Source: Macrostomum lignano (Eukaryota). From it: a stretch of DNA of 64,000 nt. The stretch covers positions 156 to 64,155 of the forward strand of contig NIVC01001058.1 of NCBI GenBank assembly GCA_002269645.1. Reading direction: 5' to 3'. A model generated the notes under the pieces. It was not told the DNA's origin and did no database searches. It saw only the letters and a list, made by a program, of their open reading frames with translations. The position numbers and the translations under genes are program-made. This document shows positions 29,249 to 47,541 of this stretch, piece by piece (position 1 is the first letter of the stretch; every line of letters begins with the position of its first letter).

Positions 29249-32200
29249 TGCCAAGTTTGGATGATCAACTTCATTGTCAATAAATTCTAGAGAAAGGCAA
29301 AGATGGAATGAATGCTTTTAATATTAAAAACCGAAGTATATAAAATGGTATGTTATGTACTTAAAATATGAGTTTTTCAATAGAAATCAGTATTATATTT
29401 GTTTTATCTATTTAAATATTTAAAAAATTATGACTAATACAACAACTACATCCTACAGTATCATATAGCTATTTCATTTCTATGTTAGCACATATTTTGA
29501 TGGAATGATTTGTTCAATTGATATAGTCTATAATATTAGTTATTAGTTAATATTGAAAAAATATTCAATTATTAAATTTATAAATTATATAAAACTATGT
29601 CATCTTATTTTAACATTTCAAAAGTTTGTGACTACAAATTTTAGAGGTTTAGGTATAAAAGGTACCAAAGCCCGAAGTGTATAATGTTAACTGATAGACA
29701 CTCTACCCATCAGATCAGATCATTGTATTTGTCTGCTGTAAATTGTAGACAATTGTTGCCAACCCAACTGCAGACACCCTGAGACACGCGATCAAAAACC
29801 AAAAAGGATTTTTTCGCCTAGCAGGCCGAGGTGTGATTTGCTTGATTTCCTTTCCCAAAAACATAAAGTGGTGAAGATTTTGTATCAGTAAAAGATAATA
29901 TATTTGAGATAATTAAATGTATCATTGACTCATTACAGTAGCCGTTTATTGTAGTCTTAAATTACTAGGGGGTTCCAGCAGGGGTTCCAGGAAAAAAGCG
30001 AAAAATTCAGTAATGTTGAAATTTTTGATCTGGACTTTCACGCTGCTAGTTAAAAGCCATTTACTTAATTTATACACATTTTGTTTTATTGAGACTGAGG
30101 CACATAATATGTTATGCAATATTGTTCTAGTCAATATAACGTTGTTGTTATAACTTGTGGTATATTTTTAAATCAAAATGTAAAAAAAGAAATTACAGCC
30201 TTTAATTGCTAAAATAAGAGTTCGACGAAGGTTAGTTCAGCATCAAATTCTATTCTTTCATGTTTGTAGAGCTTATACATGATGCTATGGTAAGGAAATT
30301 ATTGTCGGCGTAGAAGTCGGTTTTGTCCAGATCATTTAACATGTCTAATATACTGGTTCCGCTTATCCTTATCTTTATGTACATTATGTACATTAGGGCT
30401 ATCCCACTTTTACCTTTTAGTCCTACCTACTACTACCTAGTACCTAAGGCCTAGGCTAGGCCTATGCTATGGATGGCTATGTGTACAAAATTTTAGTTAT
30501 AGTGGGACCCTTTTTATTTAAATTTTGTAGGCTTACATGTAGGTCTTTAGTTAATTTTTTAATCTATTTTAGGCCCTATTAATAATTTTATAGCATTCCT
30601 AGTGCTAATCCACTCTCCCCAAGATGCTGTTTTCTCCACAAATTCGTGGCGTGCTTTGACTCTGCATGCCGCATGCTGAGATTATTTGGAAAAATCATGT
30701 GCACTGCATACCGCATGCATGCCTAAGGCCTTATCTGCATTGCGCGCCAAATGTGAAGCATTGACTAGGGGGAAGGGGTTGAAAGTGAAAATGTGCTCAT
30801 ATTTTAAAAACCACTTTGCTGACATGCTTATATAAATGCAGCAAAGCCTGTTTAAACAAATTAAAGATTTTCCACTAATTGGATTACTTTTTTGTCTTTT
30901 GTTGCTACAAAGTTACAAAAATATTATATTATATTATATTAACCTTCTAACTAGTGTTCTATTATAAGGAGAGTCTATGTGCCATAGCCATAGCCATAAG
31001 CAAAATTATAGCTTATTCCAAATTCTCTGTATTCCATAGCTAGCCATAGGGACCCCAATATTACCATATTCTTATATCTAAGTCTATAATACAGTTTATC
31101 AAAATATTCTTATTTTATTCTACCTGTTTCTAATATTTTTTATTTTTTATTAAATTAACAACTATGGCTATCTGAATCTACAGAATATGACAACAATTAC
31201 CAATTTCTATAATTGTAGCCATTAGAGCAGCTATCTACCATGGGCATATCCATAATTGCTACAAGCACCTATTTTACCATATTTGCCAAAGGATCCCATA
31301 GCTATAGCCATAGCTACGGCAGAACACTATTTCTAGCTCTAACCTTAACCCCAACCCTAAAGCATTGGCATTTTAGCAATTCTCCCTATGAATCATTATA
31401 GCATTATAGCAATCTCTTCCAAGCTTTGACATTGTAGCAATTCCTAAATGAATCTCTTAACTTCAATATGACACTTTTTCTATCAATAACCCCCCTTATA
31501 AAGAGCCAACAAATAATGTAATAAAAAGTTTTGAATAAACTACATTTACTATAGCTTCTGACTTTAGCCTTGACATCTCAATTATTCTCCCATAAGCTAT
31601 GTATAGCTTTATACCTTGGGCCTAGCCTTAGGAAAAAGTAATTTAGTAAATCGAATGTTAATAGGCAAAATATAAATTTTACAAATGTTACAAACAAAAA
31701 ACAAATAGGGATTTTTAAAAAACTTAAATTTATAGTGGCCTAAGCTAAAAATCTTTGTTTTAGTATTGATTATTAATAATTTAGTTTTAACATAATATCA
31801 AAATTTACCTATATCTATGATAACTATATCTAATTAATTAACTTTAGTCCCTACTAAACAAACTATATAATATGCATTTGTTATAAAAAGTAAAGTAGAA
31901 AAAAGTAAATAGTGCAATAAAATGTATTTCTTAAATCTGATTGATCCTAATGACTATAAGTAGGATTTAGAGCTTCCTTTGTATAGGAAATGAAAATATC
32001 TATCTTAACTTAAACCTCATATAACCCTAACCACACAATATACATATATAGAGCTTTGTTGCTTAAGTCTTTGACCTTAAGATATTTAAAAGCTCTTCTT
32101 ATCTTTCTATTAAAAGTGAAAATATAACTTTAGCTCCCTTCAATATATAAGTTCTAAGAAATTTGATAGGATAAAAAATCCTGTCTTTGGAAAGATTCCA

Positions 32201-32638
32201 ATATCTTCCTACCTCTAGCCAAAAGTATCTTGACCCCTTAAAATAGCTAACTATCAATATTTCATATCTTTACTATGTCTACTTTAGTCATTAAAATATA
32301 AGTAGTCATTTGATCACTCAAATAACCTCATTCAGTCAATATGATCTCAAGGAATGCTAGATGGTTTGTATCCCCTTGTATATATTGTAGCCTTCATAGA
32401 GCTTCCTAGAGTATTGTATTTTAGTCCTTTATCTTAACTAATTAATTTATATACTGGCTATGGACATTTGCAATTGCATGAATGTCAATACCCACTGCAT
32501 TGAATAAACAGGCAATTACCAGAGATTATATAATGCTAATTTATCATATCCATGCATGCTTAATCATATCTAAACTTGTTTTGCCAATCAAAAATAGCAT
32601 TGAAAAAGCTTTCTTATCAGTGAAACTGCACACAATAG

Positions 32639-38129
<5,491 letters not shown>

Positions 38130-38429
38130 CCAAGTTGCTAATGTGTTCAGTAATCTTGTTTGTCTATTAATCAGTAGTCTGTTGTGCCACATCCTGTGTG
38201 TCTCGTTGCGTAAGTTCTCCCTTGGAGCCGAGATTCTGCTGGTTAAGGGAGGGGGCTTTTTGGGGCTTGATTCTAACGTAATAGTTTTTAATTCAGTTTC
38301 TTCCAAATTGTCGGGTTATGTATCCGTGATAATTGTCGCCGTATCCATGGCAACTATTTCTGTATCAATGGTAACAATCTGGTATCCGTGTAAAAAGAGA
38401 ACATTTCAACCGTAACCTACAGTCTCCGT

Positions 38430-39207
38430 AACCAAGGTAATGGTTCCCGAATTCATGGTTATGAGTTCCGTAACCATGGTAACAGTCCTGTATCTATGGT
38501 AACAAGCTTCATATCTATGGTAACAAGCTTCATATCCATGGTGACAAGCTTCATCCATGGTAACAAGCTTCATCCATGGTAACAAGCTTCATATCCATGG
38601 TAACAAGCTCTGTAACCATGGTAACAAGCTCTGTAACCATGGTAACAGTCCCCATATCCATGGTTACAATCTCCGTAACCATGGTAACAGTCCCATCCCC
38701 ATATCCATGGTTACAATCTCCGTAACCATGGTAACAGTCCCATCCCGATATCTATGGTTACAATCTCCGTAACCATGGTAACAGTCCCATCCCCATATCC
38801 ATGGTTACAATCTCCGTAACCATGGTAACAGTCCCATCCCGATATCTATGGTTACAATCTCCGTAACCATGGTAACAGTCCCATCCCCATATCCATGGTT
38901 ACAATCTCCGTAACCATGGTAACAGTCCCATCCCGATATCTATGGTTACAATCTCCGTAACCATGGTAACAGTCCCATCCCCATATCCATGGTTACAATC
39001 TCCGTAACCATGGTAACAGTCCCATCCCGATATCTATGGTTACAATCTCCGTAACCATGGTAACAGTCCCATCCCCATATCCATGGTTACAATCTCCGTA
39101 ACCATGGTAACAGTCCCATCCCGATATCTATGGTTACAATCTCCGTAACCATGGTAACAGTCCCATCCCGATATCTATGGTTACAATCTCCGTAACCATG
39201 GTAACAG
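38430..39207. repeat. 47-bp satellite (12 regular copies plus shorter precursors) containing GTAACCATGGTAAC, downstream of SRP54
   Basis: Period 47 from 38675 to 39192: CGTAACCATGGTAACAGTCCCATCCCCATATCCATGGTTACAATCTC. Confidence 0.92.
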
Positions 39208-40294
39208 TTATTAGTCACCATTTTCCTAGTTGATGTCAGTATTGTTACGAGAAGAACTCGTGAAAAGTTGTAATATCTGATTGCCTTGAAGCAGAATTTC
39301 TTACCCCAGTGGCTAAGATGAAAGAAATTAATTCTGAGTTCGTTTTGTTTTTTTGTTTAAACTTGCTTCATTGAATTTATTGAAAAGTGGCGTCCTGCTC
39401 TCTGTGTCATTTCCTCTTATCTGTGCCCTCCAGCGTCATTTGATATTGTGTTCTACTAGACTAACTGAACAGTTGCAGGTATTCTGTCTATCCGGAACGG
39501 ATTTCCGTGGTGAATGGGTTTTGCGGGTCTGTTTAGAGTATGTATATGCATGTCAGAGAGCCAGCTCTCCGCTGCTTTGCCTATCGTATTTTATTACTTT
39601 TTTCATGTGTTTGCCTGCCTACTAATGTAACTGTAAATGGCTACTGTCAGTAGTGTAGCCGGCGTTCATTCTCTCCTATTTTCGCATACTTGACAACATA
39701 TATTCATACTACAGAGCATGCCTTCATCAATTGAGTATGGATTAAGTTTTTTATGGATTCTGTTAATTATAACTCTAATGTGCTTGTACTACTACTTTCT
39801 TGCTGTGCAAACTAAATAGCTTTGTAATCGAGTGAAATCAAAATTTAACTAATTGCATGGCATAACCATCCAGTTGAAATACTGGCGTGTTTCAATTGAC
39901 ACATTCCCGACACAGTTTCTCTCTGGTTGTGTCGCCTGTCAACCTGCAATCAATATTCTAGCTACGGTTCTCTGTCTGCTCAGCTTATCTAACTCGCTTT
40001 AATTGCCTGCTGGTAGAGATCTCTTGTGCTTTTCATGTTGGCTCACTAGCTGTCCCCCTGATAGAGAGACTTTTTGCCTTGCCCTGTCCGTGTAATTGTC
40101 CTGCTCTCTTGGCGTGATTCAATTATATAATAAACTGATTGCTTCATTCTGTTGGCCCTAAAGATTTCTGCTGGATTCGTGGTTGGATAAATTAAAAATG
40201 TGATTCTAAGAAAGTGATATTTCTTGTGTTTATATATTTAGGCATTAAACATCCGGGCTCTGCAGCTTTTGACTGCCAGCCACAGTTTCACTGC

Positions 40295-40797
40295 GAACCT
40301 AAACCCTCTAACCTAAACCCTACCCTTTAATCTAAACCCTACCCCCTAACCTAAACCCTACCCCCTAACCTAAACCCTACCCCCTAACCTAAACGCTACC
40401 CCCTAACCTAAACCCTACCCCCTAACCTAAACCCTACCCCCTAACCTAAACCCTACCCCCTAACCTAAACCCTACCCCCTAACCTAAACCCTACCCCCTA
40501 ACCTAAACCCTACCCCCTAACCTAAACGCTACCCCCTAACCTAAACCCTACCCCCTAACCTAAACCCTACCCCCTAACCTAAACCCTACCCCTAACCTAA
40601 ACCCTACCCCCTAACCTAAACCCTACCCCTAACCTAAACCCTACCCCCTAACCTAAACCCTACCCCCTAACCTAAACCCTACCCCCTAACCCAAACCCTA
40701 CTTCCTAACCTAAACCCTACCCTCTAACCTAAACCCTACTTCCTAACCTAAACCCTACTTCCTAACCTAAACCCTACCCCTAACCTAAGCCCTACCC
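40295..40797. repeat. 19-bp telomere-like interstitial satellite (about 26 copies)
   Basis: ACCCCCTAACCTAAACCCT contains CCCTAA and AAACCCT. Confidence 0.92.
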
Positions 40798-41284
40798 GCA
40801 TCCCTGCTACAGATAAATATCGCTGCATCCAGCAGGACTTAATGTACATGCTAAACTTTCAGGCACTAAACTGTGAATTTCTGTTAGTTCGTTGAGGAAC
40901 AAATTTCTCTAATGGCAGTCCCAGTGTGGCAAAGGAAATTGGAATCTTTCTCAGTGCGCAGTTCTAAAATTAGCGGCCGAAGTAAATGCCGAGACAGACA
41001 GTTGTTGATTTTCACAGTTGCAGCGGATCCGCGGAATGCGGCAGCTTGCTTCGGCTAGTTGCCGGCAGTTTAAGAGTGACGGCTCTCCCTCATCTCTCTG
41101 CATGGCTAAAGTTGAATTCTTAGCCTCTGAAGGCTGTCCAAATCCCTCAGACAGTTCTTGTCAGAAATGTTACTCCTTTGAAGGCGTGCATGCGGTTAAA
41201 CTGTGATTCGGGCAGTCTTTAAAGCCCTCTCCCTGAAACTGCCGAGGAGAGCTAAAATGATAGGATCTGAAATCTACTGAGGGG

Positions 41285-41530
41285 GTACCAGATACAAAGA
41301 GGGCGCCAGCTACGAAGGGGATTCCAGCTACAGAGGGGGACCAGCTACAGAGGGAGGCACCAGCTACAGATGGGGCACCAGCTACAGAGGGAGGCACCAG
41401 CTACAGATGGGGCACCAGCTACAGAGGGAGGCACCAGCTACAGATGGGGCACCAGCTACAGAGGGAGGCACCAGCTACAGATGGGGCACCAGCTATAGAG
41501 GGGGTTCCAGCTACAGAGCGGGCACCAGGA
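41285..41530. repeat. 19-20-bp tandem repeat (about 12 copies)
   Basis: GGCACCAGCTACAGA(G/T)GG(GA) units. Confidence 0.88.
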
Positions 41531-42026
41531 ATGAGCTCTTATAATACTGAAGTCAGTTTTTGTTTAATACAAAATCAAGCTTGGAATTTTTTGATATGAC
41601 TATTTTACGCCCGATTCTTATCACCGGATCTCCCAGACGGAGAAATATACGCGGCACGTGACAAAATGTTTTCGAATGTCCTCTTTTGGGGCAGTTGAAA
41701 AAGTGGTGCGTCAGAGTCAGTTTGGTATGGGTGTACTTTTGCATCTGGGCTAGCTATTTTAAGTAACAGCAAAGGTGAATCCTTCACACGTATCTGCAGT
41801 TCATTGGGTTCGAAAAGAGTTTGATATTAAATTCCGCCTTAGCTAAGAACTTTCGTTCTGCTGCACTAGAGCGGAAATTAAGCGCGTTGCTTTCGGCATA
41901 ACCCGGCAGTGCGCAGTGTCTGACAATTGGTTCGCATCGCATTTCTGGCGTTAAAGTTTTGCTTTTTGAGCTGCCATTACATTTCTACTCTCAGTTGATA
42001 GTGAAATTGGTTTTTCTGATGCTATT

Positions 42027-45000
42027 GGTGCCATTACAGTTGAGGTGGTGCCATTTTAGTTGAGGTGGTGCCATTTCAGTTGAGGTGGTGCCATTTCAGT
42101 TGAGGTGGTGCCATTACAGTTGAGGTGGTGCCATTTTAGTTGAGGTGGTGCCATTTCAGTTGAGGTGGTGCCATTTCAGTTGAGGTGGTGCCATTTTAGT
42201 TGAGGTGGTGCCATTTCAGTTGAGGTGGTGCCATTTCAGTTGAGGTGGTGCCATTTCAGTTGAGGTGGTGCCATTTCAGTTGAGGTGGTGCCATTTCAGT
42301 TGAGGTGGTGCCATTTCAGTTGAGGTGGTGCCATTACAGTTGAGGTGGTGCCATTTTAGTTGAGGTGGTGCCATTTCAGTTGAGGTGGTGCCATTTCAGT
42401 TGAGGTGGTGCCATTACAGTTGAGGTGGTGCCATTTTAGTTGAGGTGGTGCCATTTCAGTTGAGGTGGTGCCATTTCAGTTGAGGTGGTGCCATTTCAGT
42501 TGAGGTGGTGCCATTTCAGTTGAGGTGGTGCCATTTCAGTTAAGGTGGTGCCATTTCAGTTGAGGTGGTGCCATTTCAGTTAAGGTGGCGCCATTTCAGT
42601 TAAGGTGGCGTCATTTCAGTTAAGGTGGCGCCATTTCAGTTAAGGTGGCGCCATTTCAGTTAAGGTGGCGTCATTTCAGTTAAGGTGGCGCCATTTCAGT
42701 TGAGGTGGTGCCATTTCAGTTGAGGTGGTGCCATTTCAGTTGAGGTGGTGCCATTTCAGTTGAGGTGGTGCCATTACAGTTGAGGTGGTGCCATTTTAGT
42801 TGAGGTGGTGCCATTTTAGTTGAGGTGGTGCCATTTCAGTTGAGGTGGTGCCATTTCAGTTGAGGTGGTGCCATTTCAGTTGAGGTGGTGCCATTTCAGT
42901 TAAGGTGGTGCCATTTCAGTTGAGGTGGTGCCATTTCAGTTGAGGTGGTGCCATTACAGTTGAGGTGGTGCCATTTTAGTTGAGGTGGTGCCATTTCAGT
43001 TGAGGTGGTGCCATTTCAGTTGAGGTGGTGCCATTTCAGTTGAGGTGGTGCCATTTCAGTTGAGGTGGTGCCATTTCAGTTAAGGTGGTGCCATTTCAGT
43101 TGAGGTGGTGCCATTTCAGTTGAGGTGGTGCCATTTCAGTTGAGGTGGTGCCATTTCAGTTGAGGTGGTGCCATTACAGTTGAGGTGGTGCCATTTTAGT
43201 TGAGGTGGTGCCATTTCAGTTGAGGTGGTGCCATTTCAGTTGAGGTGGTGCCATTTCAGTTGAGGTGGTGCCATTTTAGTTGAGGTGGTGCCATTTCAGT
43301 TAAGGTGGTGCCATTTCAGTTGAGGTGGTGCCATTTCAGTTGAGGTGGTGCCATTACAGTTGAGGTGGTGCCATTTTAGTTGAGGTGGTGCCATTTCAGT
43401 TGAGGTGGTGCCATTTCAGTTGAGGTGGTGCCATTTCAGTTAAGGTGGTGCCATTTCAGTTGAGGTGGTGCCATTTCAGTTAAGGTGGCGCCATTTCAGT
43501 TAAGGTGGCGTCATTTCAGTTAAGGTGGCGCCATTTCAGTTAAGGTGGCGCCATTTCAGTTAAGGTGGCGTCATTTCAGTTAAGGTGGCGCCATTTCAGT
43601 TAAGGTGGTGCCATTTCAGTTTGAGAGAGGCGCCATTTCAGTTAAGGTGGCGCCATTTCAGTTAAGGTGGTGCCATTTCAGTTAAGGTGGCGCTATTTTA
43701 ATTGAGGTGGCGCCATTTCAGTTAAGGTGGCGCTATTTCAGTTGAGGTGGTGCCATTTCAGTTAAGGTGGTGCCATTTCAGTTGAGGTGGTGCCATTTCA
43801 GTTGAGGTGGTGCCATTTTAGTTGAGGTGGTGCCATTTCAGTTGAGGTGGTGCCATTTCAGTTGAGGTGGTGCCATTTCAGTTGAGGTGGTGCCATTTCA
43901 GTTGAGGTGGTGCCATTACAGTTGAGGTGGTGCCATTTTAGTTGAGGTGGTGCCATTTCAGTTGAGGTGGTGCCATTTCAGTTGAGGTGGTGCCATTTCA
44001 GTTGAGGTGGTGCCATTTCAGTTGAGGTGGTGCCATTTCAGTTAAGGTGGTGCCATTTCAGTTGAGGTGGTGCCATTTCAGTTGAGGTGGTGCCATTACA
44101 GTTGAGGTGGTGCCATTTTAGTTGAGGTGGTGCCATTTCAGTTGAGGTGGTGCCATTTCAGTTGAGGTGGTGCCATTTCAGTTGAGGTGGTGCCATTTTA
44201 GTTGAGGTGGTGCCATTTCAGTTAAGGTGGTGCCATTTCAGTTAAGGTGGTGCCATTTCAGTTAAGGTGGCGCCATTTCAGTTAAGGTGGCGTCATTTCA
44301 GTTAAGGTGGCGCCATTTCAGTTAAGGTGGCGCCATTTCAGTTAAGGTGGCGCCATTTCAGTTAAGGTGGTGCCATTTCAGTTTGAGAGAGGCGCCATTT
44401 CAGTTAAGGTGGCGCCATTTCAGTTAAGGTGGTGCCATTTCAGTTAAGGTGGCGCCATTTTAATTGAGGTGGCGCCATTTCAGTTAAGGTGGCGCTATTT
44501 CAGTTGAGGTGGCGCCATTTAAGTTGAGGTGGCGCCATTTCAGTTTGAGAGAGGCGCCATTTCAGTTAAGGTGGTGCCCTTTCAGTTAAGGTGGTGCCAT
44601 TTCAGTTGAGGTGGTGCCATTTCAGTTGAGGTGGTGCCATTTCAGTTGAGGTGGTGCCATTTCAGTTAAGGTGGTGCCATTTCAGTTGAGGTGGTGCCCT
44701 TTCAGTTAAGGTGGTGCCCTTTCAGTTAAGGTGGCGCCATTTCAGTTGAGGTGGCGCCATTTCAGTTAAGGTGGTGCCATTTCAGTTGAGGTGGTGCCCT
44801 TTCAGTTAAGGTGGTGCCCTTTCAGTTAAGGTGGCGCCATTTCAGTTGAGGTGGCGCCATTTCAGTTAAGGTGGCGCTATTTCAGTTGAGGTGGCGCCAT
44901 TTCAGTTAAGGTGGCGCTATTTCAGTTGAGGTGGCGCCATTTAAGTTGAGGTGGCGCCATTTCAGTTGATGGGGCGCCATTTCAGTTAAGGTGGTGCCAT

Positions 45001-45258
45001 TTCAGTTAAGGTGGCGCCATTTCAGTTAAGGTGGCGCCATTTCAGTTAAGGTGGCGTCATTTCAGTTAAGGTGGCGTCATTTCAGTTAAGGTGGCGCCAT
45101 TACAGTTGAGGTGGCGCCATTTCAGTTGAGGTGGTGCCATTTCAGTTGAGGTGGTGCCATTTCAGTTGAGGTGGTGCCATTTCAGTTAAGGTGGCGCCAT
45201 TTCAGTTAAGGTGGCGCCATTTCAGTTAAGGTGGCGCCATTTCAGTTGAGGGGGGCGC
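42027..45258. repeat. 20-bp satellite, about 160 copies (3.2 kb), with segmental higher-order duplications
   Basis: TGAGGTGGTGCCATTTCAGT. Variant blocks recur at about 900-bp and 762-bp offsets. Confidence 0.97.
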
Positions 45259-45623
45259 CAGCACCAGGGGCACCAGCACCAGGGGCGCCAGCATCTCTAA
45301 TAACTACCAATACTAAATAAGTTGGTAATAAAAAATCGCTTGAGTCGCTGCAATGGATTGAGCAAATGCTCATTAGCTAATAATTCCGAGCTGATATTTT
45401 TATTTAGTAGAGACAATTAACTTTTCAAAATGGTAAAATGTTTGTACACGCGCCATGCAGGGGGGGGGGGACTGCAGTGTGGCTTCGAATTCTGGCTTTT
45501 AAAATAATGTTTTTTATCGCAAGCAGCAGAACTTTTTCTCCTTGCTGTGGAGTCGCTGTGGGACCACTACTTCAGCTGTGCTGAGTCTTTCAGACTGAAT
45601 ACTGAGGCAGAACTGGGTGGCAT

Positions 45624-47541
45624 TCAATTTCTAAGAAAGCCATCGCGCAGGTCGGCTTGGATGGAGTTCTTCAGCCAGTCGAACAGCACGCTGACGCGCT
45701 GGAACACTCCGCTGTGATAGCCGCAGCCGCGCGGGTGCCCGAAGCTGGTGATGCCGTACAGGTACCAGCGCTCGGCGCCGTCGGGTGTGCCAGCCGGCTT
45801 GTCTGAGCAGAACAGGCCGCCGCCGCTGTCGCCGGAGCAGGTGTCGCTGCCGGAGGCTGAGGCGCACACGTGAGTCAGCGGGTTGATGCGGACGCTGGTC
45901 CTGGCGTACTCCTCCTGACAGCGGCTGTTGTCAGTCAGGTACAGCCGGGCCTCCCGCAGCGTCGGCGACATCGGACCGTCTTCGGCTTTGCGGCCTTGCC
46001 GACCGAAACCGATGGCGGTGCACATCGTGTTGGTGGGGAGCTCCGACACCCGATGGCGCTCCGGCGGCAGGCAGGCAAGCTTGACGTGATTGCCGAGCGT
46101 CACCGGCCAGTCCAGCTTCAGCAGGGCCACGTCGTACTCCAGGTTGCCGGCCCGGATGCCCGGATGTGTGCGGATCTTCACCACCCGCCGTGTCTGCTCG
46201 TTCGGGTGTTTTTCACGCGTGTCGTGGTCGCCAACCACTGCGTACACTTGACGCAACCTGTGATTGCCAACGACGCAGTGCCTGGCGGTCAGCACGAACT
46301 GCGGATGGATCAGGGTGCCGCCGCAGATCTGCTGGACACCGCCGTAGCGACGGTTGCGACGGTTGCGCACCAGTCTGACCTGCGGGGTGGGTGTGCCATT
46401 GTGGTTGGATGGAACTGTCTCTCCTCTCTTCTCTCCTCTCTCCTCACATGCTTTCTAGCATGCGGAGTCAGCGAACTGGGCATGATGGCTTGCCGCCTCG
46501 CTGACTGCGGGTCGGCTGATGAGTGCCTGCGGCGCTAAAATAAGTGCCTGCGGCGCTAAAATGAGTGCCTGCGGCGCTAAAATGAGTGCCTGCGGCGCTA
46601 AAATGAGTGCATGCGGCGCTAAAATGAGTGTCTGCGGCGCTAAAATAAGTGCCTGCGGCGCTAAAATGAGTGCCTGCGGCGCTAAAATGAGTGCCTGCGG
46701 CGCTAAAATGAGTGCCTGCGGCGCTAAAATGAGTGCCTGCGGCGCTAAAATGAGTGTCTGCGGCGCTAAAATAAGTGCCTGCGGCGCTAAAATGAGTGTC
46801 TGCGGCGCTAAAATAAGTGCCTGCGGCGCTAAAATGAGTGTCTGCGGCGCTAAAATAAGTGCCTGCGGCGCTAAAATGAGTGTCTGCGGCGCTAAAATGA
46901 GTGCCTGCGGCGCTAAAATAAGTGCCTGCGGCGCTAAAATGAGTGCCTGCGGCGCTAAAATGAGTGCCTGCGGCGCTAAAATGAGGGCCTGCGGCGCTAT
47001 AGAAGCTGCAACTACAATCTGCAATCTTAGCTTTATGCATTTTTATACGGCTCAAAGGTGAGTTTCGAATTTTTTGTACTATTAATCGTGGCTTCTCTCA
47101 AAACAATGCGAGTCTAGTGGGGAGATCAAAGGGGTGGGGCGGACTCACGTGCCAAGGCCAGCTGTGTGGCTGCGACTCCACTCCGCCGAAGATTCTCTGC
47201 ACCACGGGGTCGCGCCGTTGGCCGCATTCCACAGTGGTCAGATTGATGTTGATCAGGCAGTCCCCGGTGAAGCAGTCCTGCTGCTGGAAGATGTTATTGC
47301 AAGGCCAGAGAAAGTTTTTCGATTCGCAGGTCCGGCGCCTGTACTGCTTGCACTTGTTGGTGCAGAAGCCCCAGGCGTTCCACTCGCCGTAGGTAACGTA
47401 AGAGTCATAGGCGTAAGCGCCGTCCGCGGCTGCAGAGGTCAGGCAACAGCAGACGATGAGCATTAGGGCTACGACTAGCTGCGTCAATCGTATTGACGTC
47501 GATGCGGCTGCGGCAGCTGCCGGCGCAAATGCAGTTTTCAT
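45624..47541 (-). CDS. Secreted trypsin-like serine protease with an N-terminal thrombospondin type-1 repeat, about 382 aa; exons 47541-47149, 46379-45624
   Basis: Hydrophobic signal/anchor, YGEWNAWGFCTNKCKQYRRRTC (TSP1), CG..QR/IFGG activation site, TARHC, DVALLKL, DTCSGDSGG (triad intact, Asp in S1 pocket). Phase-0 intron GTGAGT...CCGCAG. Confidence 0.92.
46520..46997. repeat. 21-bp satellite (about 23 copies) in the protease intron
   Basis: AGTGCCTGCGGCGCTAAAATG. Confidence 0.95.

Noticed and set aside
46455-47061. APQALIL / SAAGTHF / MSACGAK repeat ORFs
   Set aside because: They come from the 21-bp satellite inside the protease intron.
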